This document shows, piece by piece, positions 37,344 through 47,470 of a stretch of 64,000 nucleotides of DNA. Numbering within the stretch: the first letter of the stretch is position 1; each line of letters begins with the position of its first letter. The stretch spans positions 15,470 to 79,469 of the forward strand of contig WAMV01000007.1 of assembly GCA_015522145.1 (NCBI GenBank). The letters run 5' to 3'. A program made the position numbers and the translations under genes. This DNA comes from Candidatus Aenigmatarchaeota archaeon (GTDB lineage Archaea; Aenigmatarchaeota; Aenigmatarchaeia; CG10238-14; WAMV01). The notes beneath the pieces were generated by a model, which searched no databases, was not told the DNA's origin, and was given only the letters and a program-made list of their open reading frames with translations.

Positions 37344-37928
37344 GTGAAAAGATTTGAATTGCCTCCTTTGCCTTATAGCTACGACGCTTTGGAACCAGTA
37401 ATATCTAGAAAAATAATGGAATTACATCATGACAAGCATCATGCAGCATACGTTAAAGGAGCTAATGTAGCCCTAGAAAAATTGGAAAAGGCTAGAAAAG
37501 GAGAAATGGAGATTAATGTAAGAGAGGTACTAAGAGATCTAAGCTTCAACCTAAATGGTCATATACTACATTCAATATTCTGGAACAATATGCGTCCTCC
37601 ACAAGAAAACAACAGGCCTGGTGGTGAAATAGAAGACCTAATAGTAAAGAATTTTGGCTCATTCGAAGCTTTCCAACAAGAATTTAGCAAAGCTGCTACA
37701 AGCGTAGAAGGTGTGGGCTGGACAATACTAGCTAAAGATGAAGAAAATAATCTGTACGTAGTACAAATAGAGAAACATAATTTAATGCACATAGCTGGCT
37801 TGAAGCCAATACTGGTAATAGACGTTTGGGAACATGCATACTACCTAGATTACTTGAACAAAAGAGCAGAGTACGTAAACAATTGGTGGCAAGTGGTTAA
37901 CTGGGATGATGTAGAGAAAAGGCTTTAG
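37344..37928 (+). CDS. sod: Fe/Mn superoxide dismutase
   Basis: LHHDKHH, GHILHSIFW and DVWEHAYY motifs. Confidence 0.97.
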   Translation: MKRFELPPLPYSYDALEPVISRKIMELHHDKHHAAYVKGANVALEKLEKARKGEMEINVREVLRDLSFNLNGHILHSIFWNNMRPPQENNRPGGEIEDLIVKNFGSFEAFQQEFSKAATSVEGVGWTILAKDEENNLYVVQIEKHNLMHIAGLKPILVIDVWEHAYYLDYLNKRAEYVNNWWQVVNWDDVEKRL

Positions 37929-37934
37929 CCCTTT

Positions 37935-38780
37935 TTATTTTTTGAATTTGTAGCCTAGCTTTTCAAAGATTTTTTTCATTTTTATGCTGTCTTTTTCAAG
38001 TATAGGAGTTTCTGAAATAATGGTTATGTTAACTTTTCTTTTCAAAATTTCTTTAGCCAAAGGTTCAAATTTTGGATGGGAATTCATTGGCTCATGAATA
38101 TCAACAAATTGTTTTTTGTTCAAATTATACCTCACGTTTGTGAAATGAGTGTGTATATGCTTAAGTTTTAACTTCTTTAGCTTATCGAAAATTTCTCCAT
38201 AATTTATTTTGCCATTACCTAAGCAGTACATATGGCCCCAATCAACACACACAGTTAGTTGTTTATGATCAATCTCTCTAACAAATTTTATTAGAGTATC
38301 TAAATCTGCAAACTGACTTTGTTTGGCCATTGTCTCCAAGGCTATTTGTGTATTAACAATTTTCTTTTTTTCCATTTCTTCAAGAATTTTTTCTATCTGT
38401 TGTTTGACTATTTCATAAGTCTTTTCTCTATCGTTTTTTAGGTAATAGGCTGTATGTACAACAACAGGGCTTGCGTTCATAACTTCTCCTATCTTAGCGG
38501 ATGCTAAAATGAATTGGATACTTTTTTTAATAACTTCTTTTTTCTCTGAAGCCAAATTGATGTAGTATGGGGCATGAATAGAGAGTTTTATGTCTAGCTC
38601 TTCAGCAAGCCTGCCCAGTTTTTTCGCTTTATCTTCTTTCAGGTAAATGCTTCTAACAAACTCTATTTCTTGTGCGTTTAAGCCAAGTTCAACTATTCTT
38701 TCAAAAGAAGCCTCTGTACCTGGTTTTTTAGCTGTAATACAATTGCCAGCTGGCCCAAGCCTTATTTCAAATTTAGTCAT
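37935..38780 (-). CDS. nfo: endonuclease IV (AP endonuclease family 2)
   Basis: HAPYYINL, ETM, DWGH, HTH and ISETP motifs. Confidence 0.88.
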   Translation of the reverse strand: MTKFEIRLGPAGNCITAKKPGTEASFERIVELGLNAQEIEFVRSIYLKEDKAKKLGRLAEELDIKLSIHAPYYINLASEKKEVIKKSIQFILASAKIGEVMNASPVVVHTAYYLKNDREKTYEIVKQQIEKILEEMEKKKIVNTQIALETMAKQSQFADLDTLIKFVREIDHKQLTVCVDWGHMYCLGNGKINYGEIFDKLKKLKLKHIHTHFTNVRYNLNKKQFVDIHEPMNSHPKFEPLAKEILKRKVNITIISETPILEKDSIKMKKIFEKLGYKFKK

Positions 38781-38813
38781 AATTTAATAATCATTAGTTA
38801 AAAAAATAATTTA

Positions 38814-40985
38814 ATGAGATTGTTGGGAATTATTCTGATTTTGATTTCTACAGGATTGTTTTTAGTTAATGCTGCAAGTTTTAACGCAAACGTCAGTCCT
38901 AGCAGTATAGAAGCAGACCAATCAGAAATTTTCAATTTTACTGTAACAAACACAAATACATTAAACATAACTAAAGTAGAAATAAAGTTACCAACTTACA
39001 TAGATTATGTAGGCTCGCAGGGAAACTCTAAAGGAGCAACTTTTTCTTACGAGTCTAGTACAAAAACTTTGACATGGCAATCAAACAATCTAGTGCAACC
39101 TGGTGAAACAGTTTATTTTTGGTTTGAAGGAAAGGCGTTAGCTTATTCTGGAAGTCAAGACTTTCTTTTAATAACAACGGATGAAAACGCAACAACATCC
39201 AACACAACGCTTACCATAACTATAACTGATACAACGCCTCCAAGCTGGAGCAATGTTGCTTCTTATCCTTCATCACCAAAAAAATATGATGAAACTTCTG
39301 TTTATTTCAATGTTACTTGGAATGATAACGTTAATGTAAGTGAAGTAGTGTTTGAAACGAATGTAACTGGAAGTGCTCAAAATCAAACAGCTAACAAAAA
39401 CAATAATGTTTATTACATTAAAATTTCAAACCTTACTCCCGGAACCTATTACTGGATTAGTTATGCAAGAGATAGTAGTGGAAACTGGAACAAAACTAAT
39501 AAAATCATTTATGTGGTGGAAAAAGGTAATAACATAGTAGAGATTTACGTAAATGGCCAACCAGTAAACCAGAAAATTAAAGTAAGCAATGAGTCGAAGA
39601 TAAACATAACTGGTTTCGGTAAAGGCAATGTTTTTATTTATTTAAATAATGTTCAGGTAGCTTCTGGAACAGATAAAGCTACTTACAACGATTATCTAAG
39701 CGTGAATAATTATACTGTTAAAGTTAACGCTAGTGGAAATAGCTTATACGTTTCCAACGCTAGTGGAAAAAGCATTACTCTACAAGTCAGCTATCCTGCC
39801 CCATACGTCGTCAGCGTAAATACGGACATACCTAGCTATTATGAAAACAGGAGCTCTGTTTTTGAGGTTGTATGGGGAGATTATTATGATCCTGACGTGT
39901 TTAGTGTTAGTTATATTGAGGCTAACTTTTCTGGGTCAGCTAAAAATTACACAATGAATAAAGATGGTAATAAAAGTACATATTCGATAGTTTTAGATGC
40001 TGGTAGCTACTACTGGAGAGCTTATGCTAAAAACAAATTTGGAGAATGGGGTAAAACTCAGAAATATTACTTTACCATAAAAAAAGCTTCGCCAAATTTG
40101 GCCATATCTGTCTTTCCTAAATCAATTGTTTACGAAGGCACACAATTAACTGTTGTCTGCTTGGGGGAAGGCAGTCTAATATTGAAACTTTACAGAAACG
40201 GAACTTTAGTGGATAACCCAGATTATGCTAATTTGAGCTATGGTACTTACCTTTACACATGTGAAACTTCGGGAAACAAGAATTACAATGCAGAAAATGT
40301 TAGCAAAATAGTCCAAGTTTTAAGATATACGGCCAAGCTTGATATAACTAAGTATCCAGAAAAGATAATAGCAGAAAAGAATGAAACTGTGAGTTTTGAA
40401 GTAGAAGTTCAAAATTCAGGAGAAAAGCCTCAACTTGTCAGTGTTGTGGTAGAAGGAATAGATGATTATGATATTTCAAGAAAATCTGTAAGGTTGGAGT
40501 ATAAAGACAAGGCCAGATTTGAAATCAAAATTAATACCACAACACTAAATATTGGTGAATATAGTTTGGTTATTAAAGCAGTGGGTAACGAATCGGAAGA
40601 TTCAGCTAGCGTTACGCTTGTTATCTTGTTGCCGGAGTATCAGCTAAGAGCTTATAATCAGACTCTAACGAATCTTAGTAAAACTCTTGAGACTCTGGAA
40701 AATAAAGCTAAAGAATTTAACAATGAAAATCTTACTTTGCTTATCAATCAAACAAAAAACTTGATTGAATTGGGCAACTCTTATATTAACAGTGAGAAGC
40801 ATGATAAACTGGTTGAGTTAGTAAATAAGGTTAAAAGCAACGTTGAAAAAATCGATAACTTAATTAATGATATGGAAAGAGCTAAGCAAACTGAAAGATT
40901 CAGAAGAATTATTACCTATGTTGCAATAGTTGTAGTAGCTATTGTGACCATGTTCTTCATTTATTTGCTTTGGCCTACGCCTTAA
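38814..40985 (+). CDS. large surface glycoprotein (Ig-like repeats, coiled-coil stalk, C-terminal TM)
   Basis: Signal peptide, many NxS/T sequons, duplicated G.YYW..YA...G.W.KT module, C-terminal TM. Confidence 0.75.
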   Translation: MRLLGIILILISTGLFLVNAASFNANVSPSSIEADQSEIFNFTVTNTNTLNITKVEIKLPTYIDYVGSQGNSKGATFSYESSTKTLTWQSNNLVQPGETVYFWFEGKALAYSGSQDFLLITTDENATTSNTTLTITITDTTPPSWSNVASYPSSPKKYDETSVYFNVTWNDNVNVSEVVFETNVTGSAQNQTANKNNNVYYIKISNLTPGTYYWISYARDSSGNWNKTNKIIYVVEKGNNIVEIYVNGQPVNQKIKVSNESKINITGFGKGNVFIYLNNVQVASGTDKATYNDYLSVNNYTVKVNASGNSLYVSNASGKSITLQVSYPAPYVVSVNTDIPSYYENRSSVFEVVWGDYYDPDVFSVSYIEANFSGSAKNYTMNKDGNKSTYSIVLDAGSYYWRAYAKNKFGEWGKTQKYYFTIKKASPNLAISVFPKSIVYEGTQLTVVCLGEGSLILKLYRNGTLVDNPDYANLSYGTYLYTCETSGNKNYNAENVSKIVQVLRYTAKLDITKYPEKIIAEKNETVSFEVEVQNSGEKPQLVSVVVEGIDDYDISRKSVRLEYKDKARFEIKINTTTLNIGEYSLVIKAVGNESEDSASVTLVILLPEYQLRAYNQTLTNLSKTLETLENKAKEFNNENLTLLINQTKNLIELGNSYINSEKHDKLVELVNKVKSNVEKIDNLINDMERAKQTERFRRIITYVAIVVVAIVTMFFIYLLWPTP

Positions 40986-41142
40986 GCAAATCTTGTAAAG
41001 TTTTTATTTGTTTTTCTATTATTTCTATTTCCTTTTCTAAAAGTTCTTTTTCTTCTGGATCTGTTGTTATGCTTAACTTGCTTGCGATTTCCAGCTTTTT
41101 TTCTCTTAGCTTTTCTATCTCTTCCAAAATCCTATCTCTCAT
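40975..41142 (-). CDS. small coiled-coil hypothetical protein (55 aa)
   Basis: MRDRILEEIEKLREKK...; helical-hairpin pattern; a start at 41142 avoids overlap with aIF5B. Confidence 0.55.
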   Translation of the reverse strand: MRDRILEEIEKLREKKLEIASKLSITTDPEEKELLEKEIEIIEKQIKTLQDLLKA

Positions 41143-41175
41143 CGATATTAAATTGTGAAAAATGAATAAAAATAT

Positions 41176-42921
41176 ATGGCTGAAATTAGAGCTCCTATAA
41201 TAGTAACGCTTGGTCACATAGATGCTGGAAAAACAACTTTGCTAGACGCTATAAGAGGTACATCTGTGGCTAAATCAGAAGCTGGAGGCATAACTCAACA
41301 TGTTGGTGCTAGTTTTGTGCCCAGTGATATAATAATAAAAATATGTAAACCTCTGTTAGAGAAATATAAAATTAAGTTGGAAATTCCTGGATTGCTTTTT
41401 ATAGATACGCCCGGGCATCATGCATTTTTTACGCTAAGAAAAAGGGGAGGGGCTGTAGCAGACCTAGCCATTCTAGTTGTAGATATTAACAAGGGTTTTG
41501 AGCAGCAAACAGATGAAAGTTTAGCCATATTAAAAGAATTTAAAGTTCCTTTTGTAGTTGCGGCAACAAAAATTGATAGAATACATGGCTGGTTCGCAAC
41601 GAACACAACATCATTCTTGGAAAGCTTTGAAAGACAGAGAGATTTTGTAAAGGAAGAGTTGGAAGAAAAAGTTTATCAGCTAGTTGCTCAGTTTGCAGAA
41701 AGAGGGTTTAATGCTGAAAGGTTTGACAGAGTTGAAGACTTTACCAAGACGCTTGCTATAGTTCCCTGCTCAGGTGTTACAAAAGAGGGGGTGTCTGAGC
41801 TTTTAATGGTGCTCAGCGGGCTTGCACAAGTTTACTTGAAAGGCAAACTAGAACTTGGCAAAATAGCTAGAGGTAACATACTTGAGGTCAAAGAAATGAC
41901 GGGTTTGGGTACAACTGTTGATGCTATCCTTTATGATGGTAAGATGAGAAGAGGTGATTTTATTGTTATAGGGGGTAAAGAACTTGTTGTTACTAAAATA
42001 AGAGCTTTGCTTCGTCCAAAGCCACTTAAAGAGTTAAGAACAGAAAGAAAGTTCGAAAGTGTAGAAGAGGTTAAGGCTGCTGCTGGAATAAAAATAGTTG
42101 CGCCTGAATTGGATAAGGTTGTAGCTGGCAGCCCATTCATTGCTGTTAAATCAGAAAAAGAAATAGATTGGGCCAAAGAAATTCTACAAAAAGAGGTTGA
42201 AGAAGTTGAAATAAGTAAAGAAACTGAGGGCATTGCGTTAAAGGCAGACACGCTGGGTAGTTTAGAAGCATTGATAAAACTAGTTTCTGAGAAAAAATTC
42301 CCCATAAAACTGGCTAGCGTTGGTAGCATTACCAAGAAAGATTTGGTTGAAATGGATACCGTAAAAGATGAAAAATTGAGAGTATTCCTTTGCTTTAACG
42401 TTAAAGTTTCTGAAGAGATTGAGAAGCTTGCCAAAGACCTGAACATAAAGATATTCAAAGGCAATATAATTTACAGACTTATCGAAGATTTTGAAAACTG
42501 GTATAAGGAGATGAAGCAGAACGAAATAAAAAGAAAGCTTGAATCTTTGGTGTGGCCTGGAAAAATAAAAATACTTCCTGGATTTGTGTTTAGGCAGAGT
42601 AAACCTGCTGTTGTGGGTATAGAAGTTTTAATTGGAAAGATTAGACCTGGGGTTAAGCTTATGAGAAAAGACAGTAAAGAAGTTGGGGAAGTGTTGCAGA
42701 TACAGAAAGAAGGTAGGAACGTTAAAGAAGCGTCTAAAGGGGATAAAGTTGCCATATCTATAGAAGGTGCTGTCATAGGCAGGAACGTTAAAGAAGGTGA
42801 TACACTTTATACTGCTGTTCCCGACAAGCATTATGAGGTTTGGATTAATGAGATGGGTTGGAATTTGAGCGAAGAGGAATTGGAGCTTTTAAAAGAAATT
42901 AAATCGATAAAAAGTGCTTAA
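41176..42921 (+). CDS. infB: translation initiation factor aIF5B (IF-2)
   Basis: GHIDAGKT, GGITQHVGA, DTPGH, TKID and DTLGSLEAL motifs. Confidence 0.97.
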   Translation: MAEIRAPIIVTLGHIDAGKTTLLDAIRGTSVAKSEAGGITQHVGASFVPSDIIIKICKPLLEKYKIKLEIPGLLFIDTPGHHAFFTLRKRGGAVADLAILVVDINKGFEQQTDESLAILKEFKVPFVVAATKIDRIHGWFATNTTSFLESFERQRDFVKEELEEKVYQLVAQFAERGFNAERFDRVEDFTKTLAIVPCSGVTKEGVSELLMVLSGLAQVYLKGKLELGKIARGNILEVKEMTGLGTTVDAILYDGKMRRGDFIVIGGKELVVTKIRALLRPKPLKELRTERKFESVEEVKAAAGIKIVAPELDKVVAGSPFIAVKSEKEIDWAKEILQKEVEEVEISKETEGIALKADTLGSLEALIKLVSEKKFPIKLASVGSITKKDLVEMDTVKDEKLRVFLCFNVKVSEEIEKLAKDLNIKIFKGNIIYRLIEDFENWYKEMKQNEIKRKLESLVWPGKIKILPGFVFRQSKPAVVGIEVLIGKIRPGVKLMRKDSKEVGEVLQIQKEGRNVKEASKGDKVAISIEGAVIGRNVKEGDTLYTAVPDKHYEVWINEMGWNLSEEELELLKEIKSIKSA

Positions 42922-43654
42922 GCTTACCTAAGTATATTCCATCGAGCGAATAAATTTCTGCTTCATTCAAATCCAAGAAGTCTTTAGAGACAAAAAAGAA
43001 ATTTTCTATACTATCTCTGTTTAAAACCAAACTACCAAGTAATGAATTGAATGCTGGTAAAATTATTATCTCTAAATTTCCCAGCTTTCTTAATCTTAGT
43101 GCATCTTTTATTTTTTGTTTGTTCAGTTTTGATTTAACCCAAACTCTTATCCTTCTAGTATACCCCATTTCATCTTTTATTTCAATGCCTGGCTGCAAGT
43201 GACCACAAAAAATAATATCGCAAAAATATGCTCTCAAATCTGGTGATGAGCTTCCGTGAAAAAAATAGTATTTGCTTAAAACAAATCCTTTTTGATCAAA
43301 GATTTTAAACTCTGGTAATATGTTTTCTAGTTTCCCGTCATGATTTCCTTTTACTATAAAAATGTCTTCAAAATGTTTTTTTAAATCTAAAAAGAAAGAA
43401 CGAATAAATTTTTCCTCTTTGTATGTTGCTATACCTATGCTATGCTTAACATCCCCTAAAACTATCAGCTTGTTTGCCTTGGTTTTTTGAGCTAGCTCTA
43501 TTAGGGTTTTTTTCATTTTTTCGTGAACTGGCTTTATGTTAACCCCCTTCTCTCTATACTCTTCTTCTATACCTAAATGTAAATCAGAAATTACCAGAGA
43601 GTTTAGAGGTTTGACATAGCAAGCTGGATATCCTTTCAGGAATTTTACTTTCAT
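42899..43654 (-). CDS. calcineurin-like metallophosphoesterase
   Basis: SDLHLG, LGDVKH, GNHD, FHG, GHLQP and LPAFN motifs. Confidence 0.88.
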   Translation of the reverse strand: MKVKFLKGYPACYVKPLNSLVISDLHLGIEEEYREKGVNIKPVHEKMKKTLIELAQKTKANKLIVLGDVKHSIGIATYKEEKFIRSFFLDLKKHFEDIFIVKGNHDGKLENILPEFKIFDQKGFVLSKYYFFHGSSSPDLRAYFCDIIFCGHLQPGIEIKDEMGYTRRIRVWVKSKLNKQKIKDALRLRKLGNLEIIILPAFNSLLGSLVLNRDSIENFFFVSKDFLDLNEAEIYSLDGIYLGKLKHFLSI

Positions 43655-43687
43655 TAATTTTTTATTTAACACAACAACTTTAATTTT

Positions 43688-45118
43688 ATGAGAATACTTG
43701 GAGAGGTAGTTTCTGAACCCCATGCTCCCAATACCATGGAATTTTGGTTTTTAGTAAAAGAAAGTGTTAATAAAAACCAATTTGTAAAAGTAAACAATCT
43801 TGTAGCTAGAGTTATCGAAATTTTCAACGAAAATGATATCTACAGAAATTTGCAACAGATTTCGCAAGTGATGAAGAGGAATAACAGATTTAGCGATTTC
43901 GTAAAAAGAGAGGAGTATAGCTATACTTTAGCTAAGGCCGAAATTCTGGATAGTTTAGATGGAAGCTACGTTAAGCCACCTTCGCCAGGTGATGTGGTGG
44001 AAGAAATTTCTAATGAAGAGTTATCAAAATTCTTAGGTTTAGAAGAGGGTGAATTAATGATTGGTACCTTAGAGTTTCATGAATTGCCCATCAGGCTAGA
44101 TGTTGAAAGATTGCTTAAAAAACATTTAGCAATTCTTGCCATGAGCGGTGCTGGTAAAAGTCATCTAGCTAGCGTAATAATGGAGGAATTGCTAAAATTG
44201 GAAAACAAGCCTATAATCATTGTTTTCGATGTTCATGGCGAATACATTGGGTTTGCAAAAGACTCAAATTTCGCTAAGGATGTGTTGCTTATAGATAGGA
44301 GCCAATTAAAAGTGCCTGTATGGGGTTTAAGCGTTTATGATTTTTCTAACCTGTTTCCTGAAATTTCTGGTCCGCAGAGAAGATTGCTAGATGATGCTAT
44401 ATCTGAGCTGAAGGATAGCATTTATGATTTAGAGGATATAATTAAGGTTGTAGAAGAGAAAGATGCTAAAGCAAACACAAAAGATTCTTTATTAGGTAAG
44501 CTTAAGTACATGCAAAGATTCTACTCTTTGAGTAAAGAAGAGTATCCAACAACAAATCTGTTAAATAACTATGGTTTAGTTATAATTGACCTATCCGAAA
44601 TCTTAGATGTTGAGGAGAAACAGCTAATCGTTTATTACTTAATGAAAAAACTTTTTGAAGCCAGGAGAATGAAGCAGGTCAAGCCAGTTGTGTTTTTTGT
44701 AGAAGAGGCCCATCAATTCGCACCCCAAAGATCAGAAGTTTCAACAATAACAAAAAACATTATAGAGAAAATTGCTAGAGAAGGAAGGAAATTCAACACA
44801 TCTATTGTTTTAATAAGCCAAAGGCCTGTAAATTTATCCACAACTGCTTTAAGCCAATGCAACACTCAAATAATAATGAGAATAACCAACCCAAATGATC
44901 TGGATCAAGTAAGCAAAAGTTCAGAAAAGATATCCAGAGAATTCATTAACCAGTTACCGGGGTTAAAAGTAGGACAGGCATTGATAGTTGGAGAGGCTGT
45001 TGATTATCCTATTTTAATAAGAGTTAGACCAAGGGAAAGTAGAAAAGAAGAGAAGTGGCTAAGTTTTAAGGAAGAGCTAAAAGCTTTTTCCAAACCAAAA
45101 GAAGAGCTTATGTTATAA
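43688..45118 (+). CDS. herA: HerA-family bipolar helicase/ATPase
   Basis: HAS-barrel-like N-terminus; HLAILAMSGAGKS, DVHGEY, EEAH, REGRKF and SQRP motifs. Confidence 0.9.
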   Translation: MRILGEVVSEPHAPNTMEFWFLVKESVNKNQFVKVNNLVARVIEIFNENDIYRNLQQISQVMKRNNRFSDFVKREEYSYTLAKAEILDSLDGSYVKPPSPGDVVEEISNEELSKFLGLEEGELMIGTLEFHELPIRLDVERLLKKHLAILAMSGAGKSHLASVIMEELLKLENKPIIIVFDVHGEYIGFAKDSNFAKDVLLIDRSQLKVPVWGLSVYDFSNLFPEISGPQRRLLDDAISELKDSIYDLEDIIKVVEEKDAKANTKDSLLGKLKYMQRFYSLSKEEYPTTNLLNNYGLVIIDLSEILDVEEKQLIVYYLMKKLFEARRMKQVKPVVFFVEEAHQFAPQRSEVSTITKNIIEKIAREGRKFNTSIVLISQRPVNLSTTALSQCNTQIIMRITNPNDLDQVSKSSEKISREFINQLPGLKVGQALIVGEAVDYPILIRVRPRESRKEEKWLSFKEELKAFSKPKEELML

Positions 45119-47470
45119 TTTTACTATTTTTGTGGGTTCATCTACAGCCTTATTTCTGCTTAACAAATAAGCATGGCCTGTGATAGCGTCCTCCATTTTT
45201 TCATCATGAGTAATTATTAAAACTTGTTCCAAAAACTCTGATACTCTTTCTCTTAGAGCTCTTGCTAACTCCTCAACAGCCTTCTTGTCGAGGTTATGTG
45301 TTGGTTCATCTAAGACTAAAAGCTTTAGCTGTGGCGCCAAAACCAAAGCCAAAGCTATTCTTAATGCTAAAACCGCTAAGCTTCTTTCACCACCAGAAAC
45401 AAAACCATCAACACTTACCCACCTACCAGCTTTATCTTGTAGCTGCAAAACATAATCGCCCTCTTCAACATTCAGCCTTATAGCAACATAATCCCCATAT
45501 GGGTAAAGCGTTTCCCATACTCTATTCATTTCTAAATTTATAGAAGTCACGAATTCCTGTCTTAATTGAGTTTGTGTAAGCTTTAATGCTTTTTCCATTA
45601 TTTTTAGGTTGGAGTATATTTTATCTAACTTTTCAATTTCTTCTTTGAGTTTCTTGATGTTTTCTAGTTGAGAATTTAGTTTTTCTACGCTGACATTTTT
45701 CTCCCTTTTCTCTCTCTCCAAAGACTCTAGCTCTTTTTCTAAAGATGCCTTCTTAGCTATAATTTTCTGTATTGTTTTTTCTATCTGTGTTAGCTTAGCT
45801 TCGTCAACTTCTCGAGAAATTTCCTCATGCTGCCTTAACAGGCTTGCTAGCTTGGCTTTTATACCGTTTACTTCATCTTCTAATTTAACATACTCTTCTA
45901 TTTTTTCTATTAAAGAATCGTAAGCATCTATTTCCTTTTCTAATTCTCTTAGATGAACTTCTTTCTTTTCTATAAGAGCTTCTTTTTCTTGCAGAGCTTT
46001 GCTTAGAGAGTTTAGCATTGACTCTCTTTTTCTTAATTCAAAAGTTAGGGTATCTGACTTTTTCTTAAGTTCGTCTAAGTCTGAAATTTCCTGATTCAAC
46101 AATCTAATTTTCTCGTCTATTTTCTCTAATGTTTCTAACTCTTTCTTCTCTAACTCTAAGTTTCTGATGAGCGTTGCAAGTTCGCTCTCTGTTTCTTTCA
46201 ATTCTTTGTTTTTTTTCTGAGAAATTTCAAAAATGTGTTCTGGCGTCAATGGAGAATTGCAAATTGGGCACTTTTCTTTAGCTTCTCTTAACTTTTCTAG
46301 ACTTTCTTTTATTTCACTTGCCTTCATTTCCAAAAACTTTATCTTGGCTAATTTGCTCTCAACTTCTATTTTTTTATTTTTCAAAATTTCGTCAATGTTT
46401 GGATAGGTTTTGAGTAAACTATCTAATTGTTTTTTACTTTCTTCTTTTTCGGAAATTTTTAATTTTAAGTCAGCTATTTCGTTTTCTAGGGATTTTTTAG
46501 TGGATGTGTGGTGTATGATTTCCTCTCTTAACTTTGCTAACTCATTCTTTTCTTTTTCCAACTCGTTTTTTAAGGTTTCTAATTTCGTCAAGAGCTCTTG
46601 TTTTTTATTTTCAAGGATTTCTTTAGACCTTCCCTCAACTTCCATCTTTAGTTGGGAAAGTCTTTTTGTTTTCTCCTCAAGCAAAGCCCTAGTTTTTTCC
46701 AGCTCTATAACAATATCATCAAGCTCTTTTTTCCTATTTCTTAAATATTCATAGTTGCTAGAAATTTGGGTTAGTTCTGTCTCAAGCGCATTTAGTTGTT
46801 GGGTGATTTCATGTATGTGTTTATTAATTTCATCCAATCTACTTTCTAACTCAGAAATTTCTTTCTCTAACTCCTCTACATTGTAGGATTCATAAGCTTT
46901 TGCTATAGAATTTCTTTGATCTCTTATTCTGTTAGCCAAAGTAACGAGGTTTGATCTAATCTTTTCAAGTCTTTCAATCATTAACAACTCATCAACTTTC
47001 TTTATTCTCTGCCCTTTAGGCAATCTCAAAAAGTAGTCTAGGGAGTTTTGCTCTGAATAAATAACTTTGGAAAATAATTCATAGCTTGTTTTTAATATTT
47101 TCTCAATAAGTTCGCTAACCCTAGAGGGTTGAGCTTCTATTATTTTTCCGTTCTCAACAAGTTCTGCCTTTGTAGTACCTTTGCCCCTTTCTATTCTTCT
47201 ACGAACAATGTATTCATTGTTTCTAAAACTGAAATGAAGCTCGACTTCTGCGTAATCTTTTAGCATTGGTTTTCTCATTATTATATCCTCAAGCTTTATT
47301 TTCTTCGAGCTCAGCGCAGGAAAAGTACCGTACAAGGCAAAACAAATAGCATCTAGCACAGAGCTTTTACCACTACCTATTATGCCTATTAAGGCATTCG
47401 TGCCCAAACCAAACTCTAAGCTAGAGTTAAGATGGGATTTCCAGTTTTTGAGCACCACTTTTTTTATCAT
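45113..47470 (-). CDS. rad50: Rad50 double-strand break repair ATPase
   Basis: GSGKSS Walker A, Q-loop, CPIC zinc hook, SGGE, LDEPT and ITHD motifs. Confidence 0.95.
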   Translation of the reverse strand: MIKKVVLKNWKSHLNSSLEFGLGTNALIGIIGSGKSSVLDAICFALYGTFPALSSKKIKLEDIIMRKPMLKDYAEVELHFSFRNNEYIVRRRIERGKGTTKAELVENGKIIEAQPSRVSELIEKILKTSYELFSKVIYSEQNSLDYFLRLPKGQRIKKVDELLMIERLEKIRSNLVTLANRIRDQRNSIAKAYESYNVEELEKEISELESRLDEINKHIHEITQQLNALETELTQISSNYEYLRNRKKELDDIVIELEKTRALLEEKTKRLSQLKMEVEGRSKEILENKKQELLTKLETLKNELEKEKNELAKLREEIIHHTSTKKSLENEIADLKLKISEKEESKKQLDSLLKTYPNIDEILKNKKIEVESKLAKIKFLEMKASEIKESLEKLREAKEKCPICNSPLTPEHIFEISQKKNKELKETESELATLIRNLELEKKELETLEKIDEKIRLLNQEISDLDELKKKSDTLTFELRKRESMLNSLSKALQEKEALIEKKEVHLRELEKEIDAYDSLIEKIEEYVKLEDEVNGIKAKLASLLRQHEEISREVDEAKLTQIEKTIQKIIAKKASLEKELESLEREKREKNVSVEKLNSQLENIKKLKEEIEKLDKIYSNLKIMEKALKLTQTQLRQEFVTSINLEMNRVWETLYPYGDYVAIRLNVEEGDYVLQLQDKAGRWVSVDGFVSGGERSLAVLALRIALALVLAPQLKLLVLDEPTHNLDKKAVEELARALRERVSEFLEQVLIITHDEKMEDAITGHAYLLSRNKAVDEPTKIVKL

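Noticed and set aside
43654-43723. Head-to-head overlap of the phosphoesterase and herA
   Set aside because: An artefact of the longest-ORF start; ATG 43654 removes the overlap.
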